A stretch of DNA of 64,000 nucleotides from the NCBI GenBank assembly GCA_050944835.1, contig JBMNRV010000008.1, forward strand, positions 7,001 through 71,000, given 5' to 3'. A program made the translations under genes and the position numbers. The notes below the pieces were generated by a model. That model was not told where the DNA came from, made no database searches, and saw only the letters and a list, made by a program, of their open reading frames with translations. Shown here piece by piece: positions 9,004 to 19,449 of the stretch (position 1 is its first letter; each line of letters begins with the position of its first letter). This stretch comes from Kiritimatiellia bacterium. GTDB lineage: Bacteria > Verrucomicrobiota > Kiritimatiellia > JAAZAB01.

Positions 9004-10170
9004 TTACAGCTTGCCGGCGGCAGCTTCTTTAATCAGGCTCAAGCCGATGACTTCCCGTTGAATCTGATTGGTGCCCTCGTAGATTTGGGTGATCTTGGCG
9101 TCACGCATCATTTTCTCGACGGGGTATTCCTTCATATAGCCATACCCGCCCAGAATCTGTACGGCGTCGGTAGTAACGCGCATGGCGGTGTCGGAAGCGA
9201 AGAGTTTGCACATGGCGGAGATTTTGCTGACATCCTTAGCTCCGGCATCAATAAAACGGGCGGCTTGATAGACCAAGGCACGTGCGGCTTCCACTTGGGT
9301 GGCCATATCGGCGAGCATGAACTGTACGCCCTGGAAGGAGCAGATTGGCTTGCCGAACTGGCGGCGCTGGCGGCTGTAGTGTATGGCTTCTTCCAACGCG
9401 CCGGCGGCAATGCCCAAAGCTTGGGCCGCCACGCCGGGGCGGCTCATGTCAAAGGTTTTCATGGCGACGAGGAAGCCCATGCCTTCCCGTGAAAGCAGGT
9501 TTTCTGCCGGCACACGGCAATCCTGAAAGATCAACTCACGGGTAGCCGATGCGCGAATTCCCATTTTGTTTTCTTTTTTACCGAAGGTAAAGCCCGGTGT
9601 GCCCTTTTCCACAATAAAGGCGCTGGCGCCGCGCGCGCCCTTAGCCTTGTTGGTCTTGGCGACAATGGTGTAAATTTCAGCTTCACCGCCGTTGGTAATC
9701 CATTGCTTGGTGCCGTTCAGCACGTAAAAATCGCCATCGCGCACGGCGGAGGTGGCGATAGCTCCGGCATCGCTGCCGGCATTGGCTTCGGTCAGGCCGA
9801 ACGCGCCCAGCGCCTCGCCCTTGGCAATGCGCGGAAGGTATTTGGCTTTCTGCTGATCATTTCCGAACAGAACAATAGGGAAAATTCCCAAGGCGGTCGC
9901 AGCCAGGCTCAGAGCAATGCCGCTGCAAACCTTAGATAATTCCTCGACGCAGATGGTCAGGTCCATGACGCCGCCGCCCATGCCGCCGTATTTCTCCTCA
10001 ATGTACAGGCCGCACAAGTCGGCTTGCGCAAAGACTTTGAGTATTTCATGAGGGAATTCGTTGGCCTCGTCGTAATGTTCGCGGATGGGCTTGATTTTTT
10101 CGATGGCCACCTGGCGGCATACATCTTTGATCATTTGCTGCTGTTCGGTTAATCCGTAATCCATGACCAT
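9004..10170 (-). CDS. Acyl-CoA dehydrogenase (short/medium-chain, butyryl-CoA dehydrogenase-like)
   Basis: Full-length ACAD architecture: N-terminal helical (MDYGLTEQQQMIKD...), middle beta (GxGLTEANAGSDAGAIATSA...YVLNGTKQWITNG), and C-terminal helical with catalytic Glu region (YEGTNQIQREVIG). Confidence 0.85.
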   Translation of the reverse strand: MVMDYGLTEQQQMIKDVCRQVAIEKIKPIREHYDEANEFPHEILKVFAQADLCGLYIEEKYGGMGGGVMDLTICVEELSKVCSGIALSLAATALGIFPIVLFGNDQQKAKYLPRIAKGEALGAFGLTEANAGSDAGAIATSAVRDGDFYVLNGTKQWITNGGEAEIYTIVAKTNKAKGARGASAFIVEKGTPGFTFGKKENKMGIRASATRELIFQDCRVPAENLLSREGMGFLVAMKTFDMSRPGVAAQALGIAAGALEEAIHYSRQRRQFGKPICSFQGVQFMLADMATQVEAARALVYQAARFIDAGAKDVSKISAMCKLFASDTAMRVTTDAVQILGGYGYMKEYPVEKMMRDAKITQIYEGTNQIQREVIGLSLIKEAAAGKL

Positions 10171-10350
10171 CTCCTATATTCATTCTTGTTTATTTGACCG
10201 TGTATTCATGTGTCAGAATGCGACGGTCGGCTTGTTTACAGACTTTGCGTTGAATCCAGCATTGTATGATTTTGAGTGATAATGTCAAATCTGATTGATG
10301 TTTTTTGTGAGATGCGTAGAATGGGCGATTGAATTTGTTGCAGCTGAGAA

Positions 10351-13300
10351 TTGGACATGCTCCCTTTCACCCGTAAAATGTTGATGGATTGGGCGGGCCC
10401 GATGGTGTTTCATCAGGGGCGGGTGTTGTTTGATAAGGGGCTGGTGATGGAGGCGGAGTATCAGCATCCGCTGGCGCGTGGCACAATCCGTTACGGCCAA
10501 GGGACAATCACCTGCCGCTTTAAGATGCTGCCTAACGGCGCTTCCGAAAATCAATGCCCCTGTTATGACAGCCGTCAACGGTGGATTACCTGTGCGCATG
10601 TAGTGGCCACAGGGCTGGAGTTGTTGAAACAGGATGCCCAGCGCGAGTGGAGCGCCGCTGCGTCGCTTTCCCCCCCTTCGAACGTTCGCCCATATCTATG
10701 CCGGGAGTCGCCGGGGTCGGCGGGCGCCACACCGGCGCGCTTAAAACTCCAATTGCCGGAAGATTGGGTGGAATGTTGGCATCGGGGCGGCCGTGTGCCG
10801 GTGTCCTGCCTGGTGGAGTACGCCGGGCGGATACAGCCGGCGGATATTGTGCCCACCGATATTCCACTGGCCTTCGCCGCTCAGGACGAGGCGATTTTGT
10901 TTGTCTGGGAGGATATTGCCGGCGGGCCGGCGCCGGGCCGTATGGAGTTGGCGCCGGCTGATTTTTTGAATCTGTTGACATTACACGCCGGCCGGCATTT
11001 ATGGTTGGGGCCGGATAACCGTCCGATGCCGGTCAAGACGGTCAGAGTGGCGACGCATGCACATGTGTATCTGGACTGGCATACCGGCGAATTGCATTTA
11101 AGTTTGCGTTGCGATATTCCCGGCGCCGGGCTGGACGCCGGACCGGATGCCGCCGTCTATCTTGCGTCCGGACGGGCAGGGTGGGTTTACCAAGCCGGCG
11201 TATTCTGGCCGCTGGCCGCGGTATTGCCGCCACCGCTGCAGCCGATTTATCACGGCCCCGTGCGGATTGAGCGTCCGGCGGTTCCGCGCTGTCTGCAAGT
11301 GGAGCTGGATATGATAGCTCAGCATATCCCGCTGGATTTGGACTTTGATAAAAATCACTTTTCAATTGTGCCGGCGATGCCGCGATACCGGTTGATTGTG
11401 CGTGGCAGCCTGGCCTCCTTAGCCGTTACCCTGCATGCGGAATATGGTGAAATCTCGCTGGTAGCCTGCAAGCCGGATCCGGCGGGCTATTTTGCATTGC
11501 CGGACCCTGACAATATACTGGGCTATGCCGTGCGCAATATGGAGGATGAAAAGCGCGCGGTGGAGCGGCTGGCGGCGTTTGGTTTGCGCGGTGATTGCGG
11601 CGACGCTCTGGCGCCGCTTTCCGGGTTGCGCGAAGTGCGCAATTTTATGGGCGGTGTGTTGCCGGCATTGCGGCGGATCGGGTGGCGCGTGGATTTCACC
11701 GGCAGTATCGCCAATTTCATCGAACAGGCGGAATTTGCCATGCCGGTGGTGCATATCCATGACGATCCCGGCGCGGATTGGTTCGAGGTCTCGTTGGTTT
11801 ATGAGGATGGCCACGGCAACCGCATTCCACCGGCGGAAATTCAAAGAGCCTTGTTAAAGGGGGATGCAGCGTTGGAATACGCCGGGCGGCTGATCCTGCT
11901 TGATACCGGCGCCATCGAGGCCGTGAACGAGATTTTTCGCGATTGCGCCAGCCGTGACGGAGCCCGTCCTGGCGCTTTCCGGTTGGCCGGAATTTATACC
12001 GCTTATGTCCAAACCGCCTTGGCAGCATTGGATGGCATTGACATTGAAGCCTCCCCGGGTTGGATGGCGCGCGCGGACGTTCAAAATCGCGTGCAACCGC
12101 CGCCACCGCTGAAATTAACTCCGGCGCTGGACGAATTGTTGCGCCCATATCAGAAAGAAGGCGTGAGCTGGTTGCGTTTTTTGGAGCAAAGCTTGTTTGG
12201 CGGAATACTTGCCGACGACATGGGATTGGGTAAGACGCTGCAAGCGCTGGCATGGTTCAGTCTGGTGCGATTGCATCCACAGACACGCGGTAAACCATCG
12301 TTGGTGGTTTGCCCAACCAGTCTGGTGGAGAACTGGGCAGCGGAAGCCCAGCGTTTTACGCCTAATTTACGCACATTGATCATTAATGGCGCTGTCCGGC
12401 ATACGCGTTGGGGCGATGTCAACGCCAGCGACTTGGTGATTACTTCCTACGCCCTGTTGCGGCGCGATGTTGAGCAATATTTGGAGTACGAATTTGCGGT
12501 AATCGCGCTGGACGAAGCGCAACATATCAAAAACCGTTCCACTCAGAATGCCATGGCCGCAAAACGCTTGCGCAGTATGCACCGCCTGGTGCTGACAGGC
12601 ACACCGATTGAAAACAGTATTGCCGATATGTGGTCCATTATGGACTTCCTCATGCCGGGCTATCTAGGTTCGTACGAATCGTTTCGGCGGAATTACGAGT
12701 TGCCCACCGCCCAGCCCGGCCCGGACGCTGAGCAGGCGCGTCTGAGATTGCGCCGCAAACTGCATCCATTCGTCCTGCGCCGCCTGAAACAGACTGTTGC
12801 CCGCGAATTGCCGCCGAAAATCGAACGTCTGGCGTTCTGCACCCTGACAGATGATCAACAGCAGGTTTATAATCAATATCTGGAAAATTCACGCCGCCGC
12901 CTCTACAGCATGGTCTCCGCACAGGGATTCCAGCGTGCGCGGATGGAAATTCTGAAGACGTTGCTCAGATTGCGCCAGATATGTTGCCATCTGGATTTAA
13001 TCAAATTGCCGGACGCGCCCCGTGACAGGCCTTCGGCCAAGCTGGAATTGTTCATGGAGCTGCTGAACGAGGCTGTGGACGGTGGCCATCGCGTCCTGGT
13101 CTTCAGTCAATTTACCTCGATGCTGGCAATTTTACGCCGTCGGCTGGATGAACAACGGATGGGATTCAGTTATCTGGATGGGTTGACCAAAGACCGGCTG
13201 CGCGTGGTGAACGAGTTCAATGCCCGCCGGGATATTCCCATCTTCCTGATGAGTCTGAAGGCCGGTGGAACGGGGCTGAACCTTACGGGCGCCGACATGG

Positions 13301-13539
13301 TAATTCATTTCGATCCCTGGTGGAATCCGGCGGTGGAAGCTCAGGCCACCGACCGGGCGCATCGTATCGGACAGGAACGCACCGTTTATATGGTCAAGTT
13401 GATCACTCGCGGCACAGTGGAGGAAAAAGTTCTGGCCATGCAGAAACGCAAGCAGGCGGTGATAGACGCCACACTGCAGACGGCGGCTGATTTTACCGGG
13501 AAACTAACCTGGGAAGATGTCAGGGAGTTGTTGGACTGA
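10351..13539 (+). CDS. SNF2-family DNA-dependent ATPase/helicase with N-terminal SWIM-type zinc finger
   Basis: SWIM CxC...CxH motif (CPCYDSRQRWITCAHVVA) in the N-terminal part. SNF2 motifs LADDMGLGKT (Walker A), DEAQHIKN (DEAH box), LTGTPIEN, and helicase-C QATDRAHRIGQ. Confidence 0.85.
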   Translation: MDMLPFTRKMLMDWAGPMVFHQGRVLFDKGLVMEAEYQHPLARGTIRYGQGTITCRFKMLPNGASENQCPCYDSRQRWITCAHVVATGLELLKQDAQREWSAAASLSPPSNVRPYLCRESPGSAGATPARLKLQLPEDWVECWHRGGRVPVSCLVEYAGRIQPADIVPTDIPLAFAAQDEAILFVWEDIAGGPAPGRMELAPADFLNLLTLHAGRHLWLGPDNRPMPVKTVRVATHAHVYLDWHTGELHLSLRCDIPGAGLDAGPDAAVYLASGRAGWVYQAGVFWPLAAVLPPPLQPIYHGPVRIERPAVPRCLQVELDMIAQHIPLDLDFDKNHFSIVPAMPRYRLIVRGSLASLAVTLHAEYGEISLVACKPDPAGYFALPDPDNILGYAVRNMEDEKRAVERLAAFGLRGDCGDALAPLSGLREVRNFMGGVLPALRRIGWRVDFTGSIANFIEQAEFAMPVVHIHDDPGADWFEVSLVYEDGHGNRIPPAEIQRALLKGDAALEYAGRLILLDTGAIEAVNEIFRDCASRDGARPGAFRLAGIYTAYVQTALAALDGIDIEASPGWMARADVQNRVQPPPPLKLTPALDELLRPYQKEGVSWLRFLEQSLFGGILADDMGLGKTLQALAWFSLVRLHPQTRGKPSLVVCPTSLVENWAAEAQRFTPNLRTLIINGAVRHTRWGDVNASDLVITSYALLRRDVEQYLEYEFAVIALDEAQHIKNRSTQNAMAAKRLRSMHRLVLTGTPIENSIADMWSIMDFLMPGYLGSYESFRRNYELPTAQPGPDAEQARLRLRRKLHPFVLRRLKQTVARELPPKIERLAFCTLTDDQQQVYNQYLENSRRRLYSMVSAQGFQRARMEILKTLLRLRQICCHLDLIKLPDAPRDRPSAKLELFMELLNEAVDGGHRVLVFSQFTSMLAILRRRLDEQRMGFSYLDGLTKDRLRVVNEFNARRDIPIFLMSLKAGGTGLNLTGADMVIHFDPWWNPAVEAQATDRAHRIGQERTVYMVKLITRGTVEEKVLAMQKRKQAVIDATLQTAADFTGKLTWEDVRELLD

Positions 13540-13800
13540 TGCACTTATAAACGTGCCTTAGATGCGTCCCTGCGCTCAGACTTGCCGGGGCCGGTCATCC
13601 AGGTTCAACAGTGTATGTGTGCAGTGGCGTCTAAAAAAGAGTTGTTTTTTTAACGGGAAGATGGCAGAATTTCCTTGCATTGCAATCCGTTATATTGGAA
13701 AATTTGTGCGTAAATGATATTGGTGTTGATGACTGTTTGAGGATCAACGCGTCAATATTGAGTAAATTAAGTTGTTAGTTCATAGTTTTTGTGATCAGCC

Positions 13801-16320
13801 ATGAAAAACATCATTCCAGATAGATCGGCGCGGGTCGGTCGTTTTCCCGTGTTAATCGCATTGTGCGTCGGTATCCTTGTAAGCTGGCCGGTGGACTTTG
13901 CCCTGTCCGCTCAACCAATAACGCTTCATGTGTCTCCGACTAGTTTGCAGCAAACTATGGATATAGGCGCTACTAGTCCCAGCAATATGGAGTTCCAGGT
14001 GTGGACTAAAGGTGCGCAGCCGAAGCCAGATGTAAATTATACGATTACCGACGATGTCTGGTGGATACAAGATATGGGCAGTGGGATTATCTTAGGCGAT
14101 CAAACGAGTGTAGTGGAAGTGGTTTTCAACGATCTGAGCACTTTCGCCGCCGGCGCTTATACCGGTATAATTACGGTAGTCGGGCAGGATATGGGGACGA
14201 ATTATTCGTGGAATGGCACGCAGACGCAACAAGTTGAGGTGGTAATTTCCATCGTGGCTTTGCCGGCGCCGGCTTGGGTTGCGGCCAGCGCTGGCACGTA
14301 TAATAACAAAGTGGAGGTGAACTGGGCGCCAGTGGCGCCGTTCCCTGGCGGCGTGCGTTTTTACGAAGTCTGGCGCGGCAATACCCGGGATTTTAACGAG
14401 CAATATGTCATGCGCCTTGCCAGTGGCTTGGAAACAAACACCTACACCGACACCTCGGCTTTAGCAGGTGAAATTTATTATTACTGGGTGCGGGCGGTTA
14501 ACGGCTACAGCGGCCCGGGTACGTTAAGCCCATATGACGCCGGCTACTGTGCGTTGAAATGCCCGGAGGGCATCTGGGCGTCGCAAGGGGATTACGTTAA
14601 TAAGGTGAACGTGTATTGGGTGGGAGTGGACGGCGCGCAGTTATATGAAATCTGGCGAGCCGACCCGGAATGGAAGTTGCTGCAAACCACGGATGTTCGG
14701 GAATACAATGATTTTGCCGTGACCGAAGGTCGGCGCTATAAGTATAAGGTCCGTGCCATGAAAAATGGTTCACTTATTCCGCCGAGCGCATACAGTCAAG
14801 TAGTTGAAGGTTCCGTGTTGAGCCGTCCGTCAGGATTGTCGGCTACGCAGGGCAGTATGGTGGGGTGCGTTCGATTGAGCTGGTCGGAAGGTTGGGGGGC
14901 GACTGAGTATGAAATCTGGCGGCTGAAAGGCGCGGTTTATGAGATGATCGGCACTGCGTCCGGATTGACTTATATTGACAGAAGTATCGTCTATGGCGAG
15001 CGATATATGTACAAAATCAGAGGGCGCAACGCTTCCGGTGTGACTGAATTCATCGGCCCGGCCAGTGGTTATGCCGGGTCTGTGAGTGGGGATATTAGAA
15101 TCTGGCACCCCGTCTTCCTGCCGCATAAACTCTATGTAGGAGACTCGCCGCGTGTGCTTTCCATGCGGGTAGGGCACTCCGGCGGCGCGCCGGCGACTGG
15201 AATCAACGGTAAATTCTCATTGAATTATTATGCCCGTAGGCTTTCCGATGACAAAATGACTTATATTGGCGGCACGACAGTTAATTTGGCGTTGCGCGCC
15301 GGCGAATCGCAAGTATTGAGTATGCCGGGCAATTTTGTAAAGATGAACTTGCCGGAGGACGAGTATTCCATTGTGGTGAAACTTCTGCCGGCTTGGCCGT
15401 CGCAGTTTGCCGATAACAATATGTTTAACAATTCTGCGACTGTGAATGGGTCGGTTAATGTGAATTTCCTGTCATCGGCGAATTGGTGGAGCTTTAACGA
15501 TTACGATGGCGACGGTATCAGCGATATGGCGGTGAATATTGACGGCGCTTGGTATGTGCGCACAGTAGATGGGCGACACTTGGGCTGGGCGGTCCGTTTC
15601 GGCAACGGCATGCCGGCAGTGTATGGCTTAGATATGGATGGTGATAATCGCGCTGAGCCGATGGTGTTCCGTGATGGCAACTGGCAAGGCATGCTTTCAT
15701 CCTTGGGCTATACACACTACGGGGTTAATGTGGATGCTCCCGGCGCTTTCGCATTGCCGGGCGACTTTACCGGTAACGGCCGCGGCAATCTGGCTGCGTA
15801 TTTCCCAGCGGATTCACGTTGGTGTATAGTGGATGACGCCTTCCGTACGTTGGTCTGGAACGAAGTATTTGGTTGGCCGGGGGTGAAGCCGGTGCCTGGC
15901 GATTACGACGGCGACGGTGTATGGGATTTAGCCATTTATGATGAAGCGAAGAAGTCGTGGTACATCCGCCGGTTGGACGGAAGTTTGATTCTATGGGAAC
16001 ACATGTGGGGCGGCAAGAATTACCGTCCGGTCATGGGTGACTACGATGGTGACGGAATATTTGATATAGCGGCTTACCATGAAACCAGAGGCACTTGGAT
16101 CATTCAGACTGTGGACGGAGTTGACATAGTCCTTAATGTGCAATGGGGCGGCCCAGATATGATACCGGTGCCTGGTGATTACGACGGCGATGGTATATGG
16201 GATTTGGCTGTTTATGATCGCACCACAGGTGAATGGAAGGTGCGTTCCCTGACGCGCGGCATCATCTTGCCCAAAACTTTGTGGGGGGCGCCTGGATATT
16301 TGCCGGTCGGAGTGTTCTAA
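13801..16320 (+). CDS. Secreted protein with three fibronectin-III-like repeats followed by ~5 FG-GAP/VCBS-like repeats (integrin-alpha-like beta-propeller blades)
   Basis: Signal peptide. Three repeats share a Y(E/Y)VWR...YxYxVRA pattern (FN3-like). C-terminal units of ~45 aa carry WGGxxxxPVxGDYDGDGxxDxAxY...W (a Ca-binding DxDxDG FG-GAP signature) repeated about 5 times. Confidence 0.55.
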   Translation: MKNIIPDRSARVGRFPVLIALCVGILVSWPVDFALSAQPITLHVSPTSLQQTMDIGATSPSNMEFQVWTKGAQPKPDVNYTITDDVWWIQDMGSGIILGDQTSVVEVVFNDLSTFAAGAYTGIITVVGQDMGTNYSWNGTQTQQVEVVISIVALPAPAWVAASAGTYNNKVEVNWAPVAPFPGGVRFYEVWRGNTRDFNEQYVMRLASGLETNTYTDTSALAGEIYYYWVRAVNGYSGPGTLSPYDAGYCALKCPEGIWASQGDYVNKVNVYWVGVDGAQLYEIWRADPEWKLLQTTDVREYNDFAVTEGRRYKYKVRAMKNGSLIPPSAYSQVVEGSVLSRPSGLSATQGSMVGCVRLSWSEGWGATEYEIWRLKGAVYEMIGTASGLTYIDRSIVYGERYMYKIRGRNASGVTEFIGPASGYAGSVSGDIRIWHPVFLPHKLYVGDSPRVLSMRVGHSGGAPATGINGKFSLNYYARRLSDDKMTYIGGTTVNLALRAGESQVLSMPGNFVKMNLPEDEYSIVVKLLPAWPSQFADNNMFNNSATVNGSVNVNFLSSANWWSFNDYDGDGISDMAVNIDGAWYVRTVDGRHLGWAVRFGNGMPAVYGLDMDGDNRAEPMVFRDGNWQGMLSSLGYTHYGVNVDAPGAFALPGDFTGNGRGNLAAYFPADSRWCIVDDAFRTLVWNEVFGWPGVKPVPGDYDGDGVWDLAIYDEAKKSWYIRRLDGSLILWEHMWGGKNYRPVMGDYDGDGIFDIAAYHETRGTWIIQTVDGVDIVLNVQWGGPDMIPVPGDYDGDGIWDLAVYDRTTGEWKVRSLTRGIILPKTLWGAPGYLPVGVF

Positions 16321-16456
16321 TTTGTTATAACGCAGCTCGTCCGGAGTCCGCGGCTGTTGCCCCGCGGGGTTTGGCTGCCGATGTTCAATGGGGGCAATAC
16401 CGCTCGGAATGCGGCTGGCTTTGACTTCTGCAGCGCGCTAATCCTAAAATCAGTCT

Positions 16457-17803
16457 ATGACCCGGTTTATTTTTCGTCGCGTATTGCAGATGATTCCAAC
16501 CGTATTGGGTGTAATCATCATCACTTTCATCCTCTTCAATGTCGTCGGCGGCAGTCCCGCCGCCATGACATTGGGCAAAAATGTTTCACCTAAGGCGCTG
16601 GAAGATTTTGACGAGCAACGCGGCTTTAACAAACCTTTGCTGTGCGGGCGCTGGTCCGGCACACGCGCTTATACCGTGTCGGATTTCCGGCAACATGCCG
16701 GCGTCTGGCGCGCTGTGCCGGGGGTGGAATATCAGCCGCCGGTGGACAATACACCGGGTCTGATCCGTCTGATGCCGGGAGAGGCCGTCACCATCCCTAT
16801 GAATTTCGCCCCGCCGGCCGATGGAGCGCTGCGATGGCGCTTGCGTTACCGTTTGGCGGAAGGCCATGCGACGCTGCAGGCGGCGACTTCAGGAGACTCG
16901 TCACATCCTGTGATATTGGGCGCCTTGCCATCCGCGCGGGACTGGAAATCGTATGCGTTGGTGTTTACCAATCCCGCGCCGCCGGCGACGCTGCTGCTGC
17001 ATGCGGAAGCCGCGCCCTTGGAAATCGCCGCCTTGCGCCTTGAGCGCGCCAACCGCGGATTGCTGGATTCGCAGTTCTTTTTTTACCTGCGGCAATTGGC
17101 CCGGCTTGATTTCGGCGTCTCCAATTATTCCAATCAGCGGGTGTCGCAGATGTTGCGCGAAGGCATCCTGCCTTCACTTACACTGACCGTGCCGATTTTT
17201 TTCGGCAGCTTACTGGTTTCAATCATTACCGCGCTGCTCTGCGCGTTCTTCCGCGATACTTGGTTGGACCGCGGCATTGTCGTGGTGACGGTTATGCTGA
17301 TGAGCCTGAACTATCTGGTCTGGATTATTTTCGGTCAGTACCTTTTGGCTTACCGTGCCGGTTGGTTTCCCGTTTGGGGGTATGAATCATGGTATTACCT
17401 TGTGCTGCCGGTGATTATCGGTATCGTCAGCGGACTGGGCGAAAACATCCGCTTTTACCGGACGATCATGTTGGATGAGCTCTATCGTGATTATGTGCGC
17501 ACGGCCTTCGCTAAAGGCGTCAGTCGGCGCGGTGTGCTATTGCGGCATGTCTTAAAAAACGCCATGATTCCTATCCTGACTAATGTTGTGATAGCCATAC
17601 CCTTTCTTTACACCGGCAGCCTGCTGCTGGAGGGGTTCTTCGGGATTCCCGGTTTAGGAGGGATGAGCATCAACGCCTTGAATTATTCTGATGTGGATGT
17701 GGTGCGCGCGGTGGTTTTCATCGGCGCAGTGTTGTATGTCTTTGCAAATCTGTTGACGGATATCGCCTATGCTTTGGTGGATCCGCGCGTCAAATTGAGT
17801 TAG
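16457..17803 (+). CDS. Opp/Dpp-type ABC transporter permease (OppB-like) with an unusually large (~170 aa) periplasmic insertion between TM1 and TM2
   Basis: Canonical OppB/DppB N-terminus (MTRFIFRRVLQMIPTVLGVIIITFILF) and EAA-loop region (FYRTIMLDELYRDYVRTAFAKGVSRRGVLLRHVLKNA). At 448 aa it is far longer than the typical ~310. Confidence 0.8.
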   Translation: MTRFIFRRVLQMIPTVLGVIIITFILFNVVGGSPAAMTLGKNVSPKALEDFDEQRGFNKPLLCGRWSGTRAYTVSDFRQHAGVWRAVPGVEYQPPVDNTPGLIRLMPGEAVTIPMNFAPPADGALRWRLRYRLAEGHATLQAATSGDSSHPVILGALPSARDWKSYALVFTNPAPPATLLLHAEAAPLEIAALRLERANRGLLDSQFFFYLRQLARLDFGVSNYSNQRVSQMLREGILPSLTLTVPIFFGSLLVSIITALLCAFFRDTWLDRGIVVVTVMLMSLNYLVWIIFGQYLLAYRAGWFPVWGYESWYYLVLPVIIGIVSGLGENIRFYRTIMLDELYRDYVRTAFAKGVSRRGVLLRHVLKNAMIPILTNVVIAIPFLYTGSLLLEGFFGIPGLGGMSINALNYSDVDVVRAVVFIGAVLYVFANLLTDIAYALVDPRVKLS

Positions 17804-17824
17804 GGGATTGGAGGAAAGCGGCGT

Positions 17825-18805
17825 ATGGATGCCGACTCGCAATTTACAGAGGCCCCATTGTCGCTCTGGAGCGATGCTTGGCGACGGTTGCGCCGTCGGC
17901 GGTTGGCGCGCTGGTCGTTGGCGGTGATTGTGGTTTATACGGCGCTGGCGATTTATGGCGAGGTGGTGTATCGCTTTTATCGCCACTGTGATCGCACGCC
18001 ACCCTACCGGATTGTGGCGCTGGAACAGGCTTACATGCCGCCCAGTTTCTGCCGGCCGCTGATGGCGCCGTCTGAGCCCGACGCGCCGGTTTGGCATGCG
18101 CCGCTCCGGGTGGCGCGGAATCTGTTGCAACATCCGCTGGGCACAGATAATCTGGGGCGCGATGTTTTGCAGCGCATCATCCAGGGCGCACGCATCGCTT
18201 TCCTGGTGGGGATTATCACTTCTTGCATTGCCATACCTATCGGTGTTGTGCTTGGCAGCCTGGCTGGGTATTTTGGTGGGCGGGTGGATGATTGCATTGT
18301 CTGGATTTATTCAACTTTTGCTTCCATTCCCGGTTTGCTGTTCATTCTGGCGATAGCCATGGTGGTGGGACGCGGTCTGACCGGAGTCTATCTCGGTATT
18401 GGTCTGACCACCTGGGTGGGTTTATCCCGCCTGATTCGCGGCGAAGTGCTCAAGCATAAACGCCGGCCATATGTGTTGGCGGCGCAAGCCTTAGGCATGA
18501 GCCATGCGCGGATCATATTCCGCCATATTCTGCCCAACATTTTACATGTGGTAATTATTACTTTTTCTTTGCGTTTTCCCGCCGCTATCTCTACTGAGGT
18601 GTTCATGAGTTTTCTGGGTATCGGTGTTCAAGGCGAGCCGTCCTGGGGAATCATGATCAGTAATGCGCGCCTGCGATTGTGGCAGGGTATGTGGTGGGAA
18701 CTGACGTTTGTCACACTGGCGATTTTTTTAATTGTGCTGGCTTTTAACCTGTTAGGCGACGCCCTGCGCGATGCACTCGATCCGCGTCTGCGTTCGGCGG
18801 AATGA
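17825..18805 (+). CDS. Opp/Dpp-type ABC transporter permease (OppC-like)
   Basis: OppC-like N-terminus (...SLWSDAWRRLRRRRLARWSLAVIVVY), binding-protein-dependent transport signature (YVLAAQALGMSHARIIFRHILPN), 6 predicted TM segments. Confidence 0.8.
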   Translation: MDADSQFTEAPLSLWSDAWRRLRRRRLARWSLAVIVVYTALAIYGEVVYRFYRHCDRTPPYRIVALEQAYMPPSFCRPLMAPSEPDAPVWHAPLRVARNLLQHPLGTDNLGRDVLQRIIQGARIAFLVGIITSCIAIPIGVVLGSLAGYFGGRVDDCIVWIYSTFASIPGLLFILAIAMVVGRGLTGVYLGIGLTTWVGLSRLIRGEVLKHKRRPYVLAAQALGMSHARIIFRHILPNILHVVIITFSLRFPAAISTEVFMSFLGIGVQGEPSWGIMISNARLRLWQGMWWELTFVTLAIFLIVLAFNLLGDALRDALDPRLRSAE

Positions 18806-18834
18806 CGGGTTTTTCATGGAAGGAGTGAGAAGCT

Positions 18835-19449
18835 GTGGCCGAATACTTGAAAACCGGCATTGCCGCTGTGCTGTTTGATTTTGATGGGACGTTGACGCGT
18901 CCCAACAGCATAGATTTTGCCGGTATCAAGCGCGATATTGGCTGTCCGCCGTCGAGCTCCATCCTGGAGTTTCTCGAAAGTTTGTCGGATGCGCCTCGTC
19001 GGGAGGCGGAAGCCATACTGGAACGTTATGAGGCGCTTGCGGCTTCCGCATCTCAGCCCAATGAAGGCGCCGAGGATTTGATTGTATGGCTGCGCGCGCG
19101 GGGTATGCCCGTAGGGGTGCTGACTCGCAATAGCTATACTTCGGTCCTGACGGCGCTGGCTAATTTTGTCCGTGTGGCGCCGGATGATTTTGCGGTGATT
19201 ATTACACGCGCCGACGTTGTACGTCCGAAACCACATCCGGAAGGTGTGTATTTGGCCGCGTCGCGCCTGGGTGTGGCTGCGACCGCGTTGGCGGTAGTGG
19301 GGGACTACCGCTATGATATTGAAGCCGGCAATCGCGCCGGCGCCGTAACTTTTTTTCTGACTAACGGGCAGCCGCCACCACCCGACTTGACAGCGGATGT
19401 GTTTTTGCAATCTCTAAATGAATTGCCCGCGCTCTTGGCGCCGGAGTAG
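18835..19449 (+). CDS. HAD-superfamily hydrolase/phosphatase embedded in the opp operon
   Basis: Motif I DxDGT (VLFDFDGTLT). Motif III/IV region (VGDYRYDIEAGNRAG). 204 aa. Confidence 0.65.
   Translation: MAEYLKTGIAAVLFDFDGTLTRPNSIDFAGIKRDIGCPPSSSILEFLESLSDAPRREAEAILERYEALAASASQPNEGAEDLIVWLRARGMPVGVLTRNSYTSVLTALANFVRVAPDDFAVIITRADVVRPKPHPEGVYLAASRLGVAATALAVVGDYRYDIEAGNRAGAVTFFLTNGQPPPPDLTADVFLQSLNELPALLAPE

Noticed and set aside
10351-13539. SNF2 helicase as part of a DISARM/other anti-phage system
   Set aside because: There are no partner genes (PLD nuclease, DUF1998, methyltransferase) in the ±10 kb neighbourhood. Flanking genes are an acyl-CoA dehydrogenase and a surface protein.
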